Shown: in pieces, positions 1-11,099 of the stretch
Numbering within the stretch: position 1 is the first letter of the stretch
Layout: each line of letters opens with the position of its first letter
From: Podarcis muralis
Lineage: Eukaryota
Direction of reading: 5' to 3'
NCBI RefSeq assembly: GCF_964188315.1
Contig: NC_135658.1
Coordinates: 47,740,001 to 47,804,000, forward strand
DNA: 64,000 nucleotides
Translations under genes and position numbers: made by a program
The notes under the pieces: model-generated
The model's input: the letters and a program-made list of their open reading frames with translations, nothing else
The model's database searches: none
What the model was told of the DNA's origin: nothing

Positions 1-192
1 ATTGTAAAGAGAAAGTTTGGAAACAAAATGCTGAAAAAGATTTAGAGTGTTTTGCAAGCTTATATACATTTTCAAATGGCACTATCACTGCCACATACAC
101 AGTACAAATACATAAACAATTAAAAGATTGAGGCTAGGTTAGTACACAAAACTAGAGACAGTGCACGGATGCTATTATAAATGTTCACTTAC

Positions 193-233
193 TGTCTTTT
201 TTTCATCAACGTGTTTTCAATATCAGAAAATTC
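193..233 (-). CDS. SAMSN1: Internal coding exon EFSDIENTLMKKR(+2 nt), 41 nt, phase 0-2; gene continues beyond the left edge
   Basis: Acceptor TTTTATGCTTTTCACCAAAG| and donor ACA|GTAAGT, in frame with the previous exon. S-[DN]-[IL]-E-N-xxx-K-K-R resembles the recalled human SNLENAKPKKR. Confidence 0.7.
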
Positions 234-1265
234 CTTTGGTGAAAAGCATAAAACTGGTTAGTTTCCAATTTTAAAAAACACCTTTTTTTTAAATTAAAAA
301 ATAGTTCTTATAATATGTCTTTAAAATTCATACTACCTCCCCAAAACTGCTCAGTGAAGTGTGAGCATGCTAAGTAGACTGCAAAAGTTACAGTCTATTG
401 AGTACCATTTCTAGAAAAACAATGGGAAATTAGGGGAAGAAGAAATGGGAGATGGAATTGGGTTGTTGAGCTCCTAACATTCTAGGTCTTCTCAAAACTG
501 TCAGCATTTTGCAGGAGGGATTCAAGTGCATACTGGAAATTTTGGTTTGTGCAGTTTAAGTGAATTAAAGTCATTTTAGGTCCATGAATTCATTTTTAAA
601 AATGGAATTCTTGTGGTTCAGAAAGGCATGGGATGAATGAATAACAGGAAGATGCATAGCTACGAGCAAGCAAATTTGAGTAAATCCAGAATGAATGCTC
701 AGTGTTGTATAACCTCTCCCAAAACTATTCAGAATCAATGCTCAGTAAACACCAGGCACAGTCTAATCTACACATAAGTTTTGTGGAAACAAATGGTCTG
801 GAGGAGCCCTTATAGCAGGGGCAGACTTTGGCCCTTCAAATTTCAGTGGCCAACATTCGGCGTACACTCCATTCTGCTCAATTGACTATGTCATAGTTGT
901 GATGTCCAGTGTGGCAGAACCAGTTGCACTGCCCTAAATCCCCTTTTGCTTATAGTAAGCTAGAAGGCAGCTTGGCTGAGATGGAACATTCCTGTTCAGT
1001 GATGGGTATACATTGCAGAATATTGGAGCAAGACCCATTTGCTGTACATGTATGACTTGTTCCTCATCACAAAGGAATTCTAGCAAAATTCTTCAGCGTT
1101 TGAAAGAGAGAGTCCTTGTTGATTTTGGAATAAAGTTATGCCGCCTTGAAATCATGAGGTGACAATGTTCAGATGGTGACTGACAGGATTCAAGATGAGT
1201 GTCCAGGCAGGCTCAGTTAATAAGCTTAGAACTGCATATAAGGTGTAGACCTAATAACTCTCATG

Positions 1266-1444
1266 CTAGAAATAGCAGATAGGAGATTACACATTGCGCT
1301 TTGGCCTAAGCGGCATTTTTCCACAAGGCACATTGCTGAAACGTCACCGCTAATCTCGTTTTCCATTTCTAGAAACTATTTTATAAATAACCATATTGAT
1401 TCTGCAGCTAGCAGAGTGACACAGCAGAGAGCTGTTATTTTTAG
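1266..1444. promoter_or_regulatory. Candidate enhancer: NFAT x2, half-CRE, TTCTAGAA, MEF2 x2
   Basis: TTTTCCA 1317-1323 and 1359-1365; ACGTCA 1341-1346; TTCTAGAA 1367-1374; YTAWWWWTAR matches TTATAAATAA 1381-1390 and TTATTTTTAG 1435-1444. The segment is repeat-free and intronic. Confidence 0.4.
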
Positions 1445-1600
1445 TTAACTACTGTACTAAACATTTCTCAAAACAAAAATGAAGAGATCCAACAGGATAT
1501 TTATGTTCCTCATTAAAGCTGGTTGATAGTGAGCAATTTAACCGATGTATAACATTCCTAATTCCTAATTCTGGGTGGGAGGGCTATATAAAAAGGTTTG

Positions 1601-1621
1601 CTGCTGCTGCTGCTGCTGCTG
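1601..1621 (+). repeat. (CTG)7 microsatellite
   Basis: Direct reading of the sequence. Confidence 0.95.
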
Positions 1622-2073
1622 GGACGAAGACATGACACCAAAGATAATTCCTGAACAAGAGTACTCCATGCTGGTCCAACTTGTCAGAATTGACATTTCA
1701 GCTTCATCAGCAGTGCAAGGCGCTAATATCAGAGAAAAGGGCAAAGGTGGATTTAGGGCAGTGCGAGCAGTGCAGTTGCACTGGGCCAAGGAGGGTGCCT
1801 TCTCAAAGCCAGTAAGTATTTGCCTGTCTTCAGGGAAGGAGGTGCGAGGGGTTGGACAGGGTCCTAGAGTCATCCTTCCTCCTCCTCAAAGCCAGGCAAG
1901 CACTTCTTGGGCTTTGGGAAGGAGGTAGGAGGGTTCTAGGACCCTGCCAGAGCTTCATACCTCCTTTCCAAAGCCTGGCTCAAGCCAGCGCCACAAGGCC
2001 TGGGGGGGGGGGAGGCATCAAATGGCCTTGCACAGGGCAGCATATTACCAAGGTCTGCCTTTGAGAGGTTGAC

Positions 2074-2075
<2 letters not shown>

Positions 2076-2109
<34 letters not shown>

Positions 2110-3000
2110 ATTTATTTAAGTATTTATATACAGCCCTTTAGGGACGCGGGTGGCACTGTGGGTAAAAGCCTCAGCGCCTAGGGCTTGCCGATCGAAAGGT
2201 CGGCGGTTCGAATCCCCGCGGCGGGGTGCGCTCCCGTTGCTCGGTCCCAGCGCCTGCCAACCTAGCAGTTCGAAAGCACCCCTGGGTGCAAGTAGATAAA
2301 TAGGGACCGCTTACTGGCGAGAAGGTAAACGGCGTTTCCGTGTGCTGCGCTGGCTCGCCAGATGCAGCTTTGTCACACTGGCCACGTGACCCGGAAGTGT
2401 CTCTGGACAGCGCTGGCCCCCGGCCTCTTAAGTGAGATGGGCACACAACCCTAGAGTCTGTCAAGACTGGCTTGTACGGGCAGGGGTACCTTTACCTTTA
2501 TACAGCCCTTTCACAAAATATCAGGGCATTGCACAGCTACATAAACACTTAAAAAGAAAGCATTACAAGCAGTACAAAACAATAATTAAAATGACTAGCT
2601 ACTCAATATTAAAAAACATCATCCAACAGACAATAAACACCTAACTTCTAGAGGACAACTAACAGCAGACCTCCAGATGATCAGGCTGGGATATAAAGGC
2701 TCAGGTAGTCCTTAGGAATCCTCAATCCAAGTCATTCAGGGATTTGCATAGCAAAACAAGAACCTGGCCTGGGAGCAAATGGGAAGCCAGTGTAGATATT
2801 TTAGCAGAGGTGTAGCATGCTGCTGACCATCTGCCCCATCAGCAGTCTAGCCATTGCCTTCTGCACCAGCTGGAGCTTCCAGCCAAGGGCCAAGGGCTAT
2901 CCGACATAAAGCACATTGCAGTAATCCAGTCTTGAGATGGCCAATGCATGGAATACTGTGGCCAAGTTACCCAAATCTAGATACCGCCATAGCTGGCATA
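2076..3000 (-). mobile_element. L2 LINE 3' fragment with (AATC)n tail, interrupted by a Sauria SINE
   Basis: Reverse complement near 2920 reads ATCTCAAGACTGGATTACTG (ISRLDYC, an L2 RT C-terminal motif). (TTGA)n tail at 2076-2108. Boundaries approximate. Confidence 0.75.
2140..2498 (+). mobile_element. Sauria (POM/Squam1-type) SINE, full length
   Basis: tRNA-like head GGGACGCGGGTGGCAC..GGTTCGAATCCC and (ACCTTT)n tail. 13-bp TSD TATACAGCCCTTT at 2127-2139 and 2499-2511. Confidence 0.95.
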
Positions 3001-4506
3001 CCAGATGAAATTATTGAGGTAGAGTTGTGTTGAGAAACTACTAGTACTTGTACCAAATAAAAGTGCCGCTTTATTTCAGAGGGACCGATTCCTGCAGTAG
3101 CACAAACAGTGACTTTGAATGCTCATAAAACAGTAGCAAAGATAAATCTGTATATCTTGTCTGGCTGCCCTTTGTGACTGCCCCTCATGCCATGACTTTA
3201 ATTTTAGTAACATACATTAACATGGTGACCTGATTTCCAAAGGATAACAGAAATAGGTTCATAGTAATACCAGACTCTTTTTTGAAAATAACATCTGTTG
3301 ATTCATACTGCATACAATCAAGATCTTGTGTGTTCTTTTCTTTAAAATAATATTGCTGCTAAACATTGCACAGATGGCTTGCAGTTAGGTTTTATTGGAA
3401 ATAGATAAGAGCTTCAAAAGCTCCATTTGAAAACAACTAGGAAAGTAAATGGAACTAAATCATGCAAGCATTTGGAATATTGCATTGACTTCCACCCCTT
3501 TCCTGATGGATGTATTCTTTGTTTGTTTCTCCTGGTTATATTTGTTGGACTACGGCCCAGCTTAGCAATAGATGGTGCATGCAGAGTTGCATGCAAGAGA
3601 AGCAGGTCCAGAAAGCATGAGTCTGGGCGGTTTCCCCTCTTGCTCGACTCCTTTCCAAGGGAAAACCCACTCTTTAGTGATAGATTGGAACAAACATCAA
3701 TCCAAATTGCCATTTGCTCCAATTGAGCGCTAAAGAGTGGTTTTCCGGGAGTGGGGGTGGGGAGCAGGGAAAAGCAGCGGGATAAGGGGAAGTGTGGATA
3801 AGACCTAAACTGACTAATCACCTTCCACTGGTGATGCAAAGCTCTGCCCCAGGTCTACATCTTAGCATGGATGTGAGAGGCAGGGAAGTTTTTGTGCATA
3901 TGAGTTTTTTTTGTGTGTAGACATCACCAGAAACCTGATTGCATAGAGATTTTTGCATGAAGGTGTTTGGACCTCAGGCATCCCTAGTATTTGGAGTTGG
4001 AGATGAAAGAAGCCAGGTTTCTTTGGTGATGGGGTCAAGAGTAAAAACCCATAATTCATCTGCACACTTTGCACCTTCACACTAGTACTGTGTGCTAGTG
4101 CAGAAGTGAAATGGGATATGAGCATCAAGCGGAGATGGACAATGGAGACATTTGCCAAGTCATGTACAATAAACAGATGCTGGTTATACCCACTGGGGAA
4201 TTCTCATGCTTGGTTGGAACTTCCACATCTCATTAAGGAGAGTGGACTGCCCTAGAAACACAGGGTCCTAGATCCTGGACCATATCCTAATCCAGTTACT
4301 TCTGACCATTATGGAAGGGACTGGGCTTTTTCTAACACATAACTTTTGGTGTTTTCAGAGACGTACCAGTTTGAAAAGAGTTGTGTTTGTAAGTCTGTGT
4401 TCAAACCTAAGCAGTTATAACAATTCCATTGAAAAGCAGTCCAAATGTTTAAAGACAGAATGACATTAGTGATTAAGCATCAAATTACTGATGTAGGATC
4501 ACTTAC

Positions 4507-4644
4507 CAAAGACTGAGATCTTTCGGGAGGTCCACATTTCGCAGAGGCAATTACTGGGGTGTTAGCCCTGCTAGTCATGCAAATGGTCTCATGTGGGTCT
4601 TGATTTTCCTTAACTGGTTCATATAAACTATCCATAGAGCCCTC
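4507..4644 (-). CDS. SAMSN1: Internal coding exon EGSMDSLYEPVKENQDPHETICMTSRANTPVIASAKCGPPERSQSL (138 nt, phase 0-0)
   Basis: Acceptor TGCTCTTGAATTTCAG| and donor TTG|GTAAGT, with an open frame end to end. EGSMDSLYEP..M.SR...P matches my recollection of the N-terminus of the human LOC388813 protein encoded just upstream of SAMSN1 (unverified recall). Confidence 0.8.
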
Positions 4645-6034
4645 CTGAAATTCAAGAGCATCATAATTGTTTTAGCAACTGTTCTATAATTGTATATTTT
4701 ATTGTTCTAATCTGCCCTGGGATCTTATGGTAAAGGACCAGTAAGAAATAATGATTAGAACAGAATAGTATTCAGTCTGTCATACAAAGTCAGTTCACAC
4801 AAGTATTGCTTCTATTTCTGATATTTTGGGGAGGGCCACTCTCTCTTATATTTCAAGTACAGTAAGAACAGCATGCCAAACAGCTGTTACAGGTTCCACA
4901 GAGTTTCCAGGGCAAAAGAAAATCGCACCAAGGGTCCACAGATGGTCAGAGGTCCACAATTAGTGGGGGTGGGGTTTGCAACTATTTTAAATTGAGTATT
5001 TATCTTAATCTGCTGTACTCGTGTGGAGGCCTGATTATGCCCAGGTCTGAAGATGTGAGAAAAGCAGGTGTTGAGGCTCTTACAGTAAGTGGCAACATTG
5101 CCAGTTGCACCACTATCCTTGGTATGCCCCACTTGTCTGAGTTTATGGCAGGGAATTGGTCCAGGAATAGGCTCAGGGCTGGCCCCACCATTGGGCAAAG
5201 TGAAGCAGACACGACAGCTTATTTTGGGTGCCATGAAAGGGCAGCAGATGGTTATGTATTGTGGGGCATTCTGCCTCGGGTGTCAAAATAACTTGGGCAG
5301 TCTTGGTACACAGTGGCCAACCAGATGCCCCTAGGAACCCCAGAAGCAGAACCTGAATGCAACAGCATTCTGCCCACCTGCCATTCTCAGCAACTGGTCT
5401 TCAGATGCATATTCATCTGGATTACATCCCACAAAGAAAGAGCTTTGTTTGCAGAACTATTGTTTTGCTTTCACAAAGATTAGCAAGAACAAGAATATTT
5501 TCTTTACACCATCCCTTTATTTGCTGAACCAAATATTGATAAACTGCAAAAGTGGCTCAGTGGCTCTGAAAGTCGTTAAGACGATTAAGCTGCCACACTG
5601 TATTTAATATTAGGATTTACCAGTAAAATTTAGAGCTAGCATATGGAAGAGAGATGGAGAAATGGAAGAAACCTTATTTGGGTTAATTCTTTTCATCTTC
5701 CAGCAGATGCAAGCAGATTGTATATCTTTTCTGTATGACTTGAAGAGAACTTTCCTCAGTTGGGTTTAACAAACCACAGAAAAGCCGGGAGAACATCCCT
5801 TTGTCTTTCTCCACAGAAGTTGATTTCACAACAGATACATAACCTTCACAATTGTTACATACCGGATACGTAATTACAAATTGCTTATGATTATTGGTTG
5901 TTTAGGAACCTCATGCAAAACCTTACTATAGCAAATTAATAAAATCCAACAGTGTCTTGCACATTGGGACAAAATAATTAGATTTCTGTCCCTAAATAGG
6001 CAGACTGTTTTGTGGACCTCTATATGAAAGGGGA

Positions 6035-6396
6035 CGGGACGCGGGTGGCACTGTGGGTAAAAGCCTCAGCGCCTAGGGCTTGCCAATCAAAAGGTCGGCG
6101 GTTCGAATCCCCGCGGCGGGGTGCACTCCCGTCGTTCGGTCCCAGCGCCTGCCAACCTAGCAGTTCGAAAGCACCTCCGGGTGCAAGTAGATAAATAGGG
6201 ACCGCTTACTGGCAGGAAGGTAAACGGCGTTTCCGTGTGCTGCACTGGCTCGCCAGATGCAGCTTTGTCACGCTGGCCACGTGACCCGGAAGTGTCTCCG
6301 GACAGCGCTGGCCCTCGGCCTCTTGAGTGAGATGGGCGCACAACCCTAGAGTCTGTCAAGACTGGCCCGTACGGGCAGGGGTACCTTTACCTTTAC
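6035..6396 (+). mobile_element. Sauria SINE, full length
   Basis: Same consensus as 2140. 15-bp TSD CTATATGAAAGGGGA at 6020-6034 and 6397-6411. Confidence 0.95.
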
Positions 6397-6501
6397 CTAT
6401 ATGAAAGGGGAATGGGGAAACTTTTCTAACTGGTGGGCTAGATTCTTAGATTTCCCATCCCACCTATATATCTGCCACACACCTGAAAATTCCCCAGTTT
6501 T

Positions 6502-6779
6502 CAGCTGCTTTTGCGTGACCTCAGGTGAAGTATTTTCCTTTCTCACATAGTTTGAAATCAAACAATGCAGTCTAAAGCACAGGGCTTTGCGTGCATCAAT
6601 GATCACCTGATCAGTAGAGCCTGCAAACCCCATTTCCTTTGCCTGTGTGGTTGGAAATCAGTTCACATGGCACAAGACTTGGTTGGTGTTGTCGATCATC
6701 TGTCTGGCAGTTTCTGAAAACCCAATTTTCAGAAGAAATCCACATTTCTAGCTGCTGATGTCATATAGAATATCACGTG
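6502..6779. promoter_or_regulatory. Candidate intronic enhancer: two XRE cores, a RUNX site and several E-boxes
   Basis: TTGCGTG 6511-6517 and 6587-6593; TGTGGTT 6646-6652; CAGCTG 6502, CAGGTG 6522, CACCTG 6604, CACGTG 6774. Confidence 0.3.
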
Positions 6780-7224
6780 TAAGGCAGGTGGGTGCAGCGT
6801 GGGGTAAATCAAATTAGAATCCCTGCTGAGTCTAATTGGTCCCACAGGACAGATGTTGTCCATTGCTTCTAGAGTCACAATGCAAAGTTTTAAAGTCAAT
6901 AACATCCAACCAACCTACAAAGCCACACACTGCTACATTGCTACATCTCTGCTCTGACCATCCTTTCCCAAATGCTCCCCCCACCCAGTAAAATTACCAT
7001 GTTGGTGACCTTTCGGCAATTCACCTCCAGGCACTTATTCAGAGTTTGGTTTCCTTGGAATGAGAGACAGTGGAATCTGTGGTGTCTTTATGATATAAGG
7101 TTTATTTGCACATATAATTAACTCTGTAAGACAGAGTTGTTCCGCCTGGCCTTTGGCTTGGAGCCAATTTGATTCCCTCCCCCTCTTTCTTTTGTCTTTT
7201 CCTTTCTCCTCCTGCGATGAGGCT

Positions 7225-7352
7225 ACATTTTAATATTTTAATATTTTAATGTTGTATTTTAATTTTGTTGCATTCATTCAACTTGTTTTTATTATCGCTT
7301 GTTAGCCGCCCTGAGCCCGGCCTTGGCTGGGGAGGGCAGGGTATAAATAAAA

Positions 7353-7435
<83 letters not shown>
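7225..7435 (+). mobile_element. L2-type 3' end followed by a long (TAT)n/(CAT) microsatellite tail
   Basis: TTGTTAGCCGCCCTGAGCCC..GGAGGGCAGGGTATAAATAAA followed by about 80 bp of TAT/CAT repeats. Confidence 0.65.
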
Positions 7436-7852
7436 ATACAACTTGAGCCTATGATGGAGGGGCTCACAGCATTAACTCCCCAGAAGGTCTTGCTTTTCCC
7501 ATAGTCACAGCCTTTGAATCAAGCAGAAATCAAGTCTCTCTTGCTCTCGCTCTCGCTCTCTCTCTCTCCCCCCTTCTGCCTTCTGCCTTCTGCCTTCTGC
7601 CTGCTTCTAGCCCAGCTCTCACACCCATTCTAAAGAAGTTTATTCAAAATCTTCAGTTCTGTTCTAAAGCCAATCAAATATGTCACAGGAAGATTCAATT
7701 TTATAATGAGCAGGACTAGCCTACCCCATTGGCACATGTGAGTCAGGGCAACATGTAATCCAAGATATATGGGACAATAGGCAGTTTCTAGCCAGCACAC
7801 TCTGGCACCTTGCATAAAGAAGCCAAAATACATGGGTCACAAATGATTTATT

Positions 7853-7990
7853 CACAATTATAGAGTTGGAAAGGACCGTGAGAGTCATCTAATGCAACCC
7901 CTTGCAGTGCATGTATCTTTTGCCCAATGTGGAACTTGAATCCATGACTCTGAGATTAAGAGTCTCATGCTCTATCAGCTGAGCTATCCT
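7853..7990 (-). mobile_element. Decayed tRNA-Lys(CTT)-derived SINE with a CR1-like 3' tail
   Basis: Reverse complement of 7921-7987 is ATAGCTCAGCTGATAGAGCATGAGACTCTTAATCTCAGAGTCATGGATTCAAGTTCCACATTGGGCA (anticodon arm TGAGA-CT-CTT-AA-TCTCA). It is followed by the CR1-type GATGACTCTCACGGTCCTTTCCAACTCTAT. Too degenerate for a functional tRNA. Confidence 0.75.
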
Positions 7991-9403
7991 TTGATCTTAT
8001 AATTCATTCAAAAGCTTTGAATTTGGTAATGCAATTTGTCTGAGCCAATTACTACATTCCAAACTAAATTTTCCTGTTTTGAGAAATATGATGAAAAGTA
8101 CTTAGCTAAAGCACCTTCTGTTTAAACATTTTGTATGTTTTAAACTATAGTAATTTGTTCTTGATTTCATGGTTTTATCTTGATGTAAACCGCATGGATG
8201 GTTTTGTTGTTGTTTTTTTTAAATCAAGGGGTGTATAAATTTTTATTAAATAAATAACTATCTCTTGGCTCATGTTGTACATACAGCCACTTGCAGGGGC
8301 AAAATGGCCCAGGTAATCCATGATACTGCAATTATGTCTGCCTCATCTCAAGTGAAATGGAAACTTTCACTGATAGGTGTAATGGCAAGTGTTTTTTTAA
8401 AAAATACTTCATTTATGTAATTCCATCTGAGGGAAATACATCAAGCCCTCTTGATCCTTAGTTTCATAGGAAATCAGCAAGAACAATCATTTTAACGAGG
8501 TTTGATGAGATAGAAGCCACTGTAAGGTGTGCTAATAGATTCTTGACCTGATCTCTAATCCAACTTCTTTGTATTCTCACTTTGTTGTTGGCTCGTTTAA
8601 TGTACTTGCCACTGTAATTTACCAGTGTTCTTTTATGATGTATACAATAGAGGATTATAAATCTAAAAATAAATGAAAACAAAATACTTGTATGTATTGA
8701 ACTAGATCAAAATGTCACTTTAATATATATATATATTTCTTTTCGACAAATAAGCAATGTATTCAATTAAATTTTCATGGTAGAAGCATAAATATTCACA
8801 AACAGGTAGGAAAAACTGCTTGTTTGTTGTTGTTGTTTTAAAAACAACACCCTGCATTTGCTTTCACCATATGAAAAGTTATTGAAACACTACAGCACAT
8901 AGACTAAAATATCTTGTGAAAAGAGCTGCATTTTACAATAGTACTTACACTTAAAGTGTGCTATCAAAGTTTCAAAACCTTATGGCATTTATATTGTGAG
9001 AAAACACAATGTCCCGTCCCCCCCAGGTCACAATGCAACTGTATAAGTCTCAATATTTCAAAACACCATGTTAGAAATGGAATTCAAATCGTTTCTTGAA
9101 TGCATGACACAAAGAGAAACTGTTTCATCTTCATGAATAAAAAATGGCTCCACATGAACCATGAAGGGGGGTGGACATCAGTTCCACAGCTACCAGACAA
9201 AATACTTCTAAATCACGCTCCTCTCTGGTTTTATTTTATTTTTATTTTTATGATTTGCTTCCTTTGCTGTTCTCTTCCCCTTTCCCTTACTAACCGAGAG
9301 TTTCATACTGTACACCCAACAGTTCTCTTTTTAACACCTTTAATCTCTGTCACCTGACTAAAGCTCATGTTTATAAAGTAAGGCAGACTAAGAAGAGACT
9401 TAC

Positions 9404-9427
9404 CAGTGAAAAACAGAACAGATTCAT
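9404..9427 (-). CDS. SAMSN1: First coding exon (MNLFCFSL) of a putative long SAMSN1 isoform
   Basis: Minus strand ATG AAT CTG TTC TGT TTT TCA CTG|GTAAGT. A at -3 and an in-frame TGA four codons upstream. The phase-0 donor matches the phase-0 acceptor of 4507-4644. The 5' end of the exon is uncertain; a possible acceptor is TTTTATCTTGCCCTAATCTCTAG| before 9539. Confidence 0.7.
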
Positions 9428-10751
9428 TTTTCTCCGAAGTCAAAATTTGCAGCATTTACAAATATTATCCTCATCCAAGGAACTGCAGCCACAGAATGCA
9501 GCTCCTTCTTGTCCTCCCCAGCTGTTTGAACATTTCTCCCTAGAGATTAGGGCAAGATAAAATCCCTGCAATAATCCATTGGATTCCCAGCCCATTATCA
9601 AATGAGACAGGATTGCCTGGGCCAGCACACGCAGTTCCTTAAATTAATGAACAATGTTTACCAACAAAACCAGATTAAGGTCCAGCAGCCTTGAATTTAA
9701 TTTGCTCAGGTTAGTGCACTTGTGTGATTCCAAAGCAAGCCTGACTGGTTCTGTTAGTGTCTACAGCACCTACATTCCCAATGTTACACTTTGAAAAGAG
9801 TGTCACCATTCTTCTGGCAGGGCTTCCGAAAGACACCTATTCAACAAGTGCAGCACTGTGTTTTCTTATTAGAAAAATCATGCTTACCATGCAGTTTTCA
9901 GGACAAAGGGGCCATGCCAGGGGATAAAATGCCAATCCTAACTACAAATAACATATAAAATGCAACAGATGGCAGGGGCGCCAACTTGCCCTCCACATTG
10001 AGAGGACCCAGTGTCATGTGATGCATCCTGCCTCTGATCTTCACCCTCGCCCCCTATAGTTGGCACCCCTGACAGTTGGTGTTTGAAAATCTGACATTTG
10101 AAACAGTGGTGCATTGTGGTGAAAAACCAGAGGGTAGTACCAACCATTTGCAAAGCCATTTAAACTTTCAATGAACTTGTAATTAGGGAAGAGGGCTGGA
10201 GATCACAGGAGTAGTTCTGTCAGGGGTGCTGTTAAAGGATGGCTGAGACAGTCAAGAGTATTGCCCTGCTTCTTCCTCACTCTCTCTCTTAAGAACTTTG
10301 CTTAGAGCCTGGTGCAATGCCAAGTGAAGTGCCAGTAAGACCACAACTACCCCCCTCCCCAACCTTAATTTGCTCATATGCCTTCTATACCTTTGTGCAT
10401 ATTTGTGTTATGGGTCTGAGTCCTGAATAACTACCTAGCAATGTTCTTCCCCTCTCGTCCCCCCACCTGCCTCCTAAATCTGTTCCACCATCCCTCTGGA
10501 ACAGATCTGTGGATAGTGGCAGTGGGGGGGGGGAGAAGGGGAAGGTCCCATTGTACAAGTGGAACTCACTCCACTTGCACAATTTTTTTGGTTTAATACC
10601 ACCCCAACAATTTATTTCACAGTCCTTAACTGTTGCTATTTTCTCATTTCAACAATGCTGGGATACTTATACCTTTGTAGCCATGATGAAGTAATATATA
10701 AACTATCACTTTTTGATCCAATTGCATTCATATATTCCAACAATAGGAATA

Positions 10752-11099
10752 GGTAAAACCTCAGTGCCTAGGACTTGCTGATCGCATGGTCGGCGGTTCG
10801 AATCCCCGCGGTGGGGTGAGCTCCCGTCTTTCAGTCCCAGCTCCTGCCCACCTAGCAGTTCGAAAGCACCCTTAAGTGCAAGTAGATAAATAGGTACCAC
10901 TTTATAGTGGGAAGGTAAACGGCGTTTCCGTGTGCTGCGCTGGTGCTGGCTCGCCAGAGCAGCTTCGTCACGCTGGCCACGTGACCCGGAAGTGTCTGCG
11001 GACAGCGCTGGCCCCCGGCCTCTTAAGTGAGATGGACGTACAACCCTAGAGTCGGACACGACTGGCCTGTACGGGCAGGGGTACCTTTACCTTTACTTT
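10752..11099 (+). mobile_element. Sauria SINE, slightly 5'-truncated
   Basis: Body and tail match the other copies. 11-bp TSD TATTCCAACAA at 10733-10743 and 11100-11110. Confidence 0.93.

Noticed and set aside
1565-1873. PolyQ ORF; also poly-C, poly-Y (7265) and poly-L (28983, 51837) ORFs
   Set aside because: Produced by microsatellites, with no splice or homology support.
2171-2464. Recurrent MTDSRVV... ORFs (also at 6087, 10706, 12161, 41301) that look like a gene family
   Set aside because: Antisense translations of Sauria SINE copies.
7921-7990. tRNA-Lys(CTT)-like sequence
   Set aside because: The acceptor stem and T-loop are degraded and it is fused to a CR1 tail, so it is a SINE head and not a tRNA gene.
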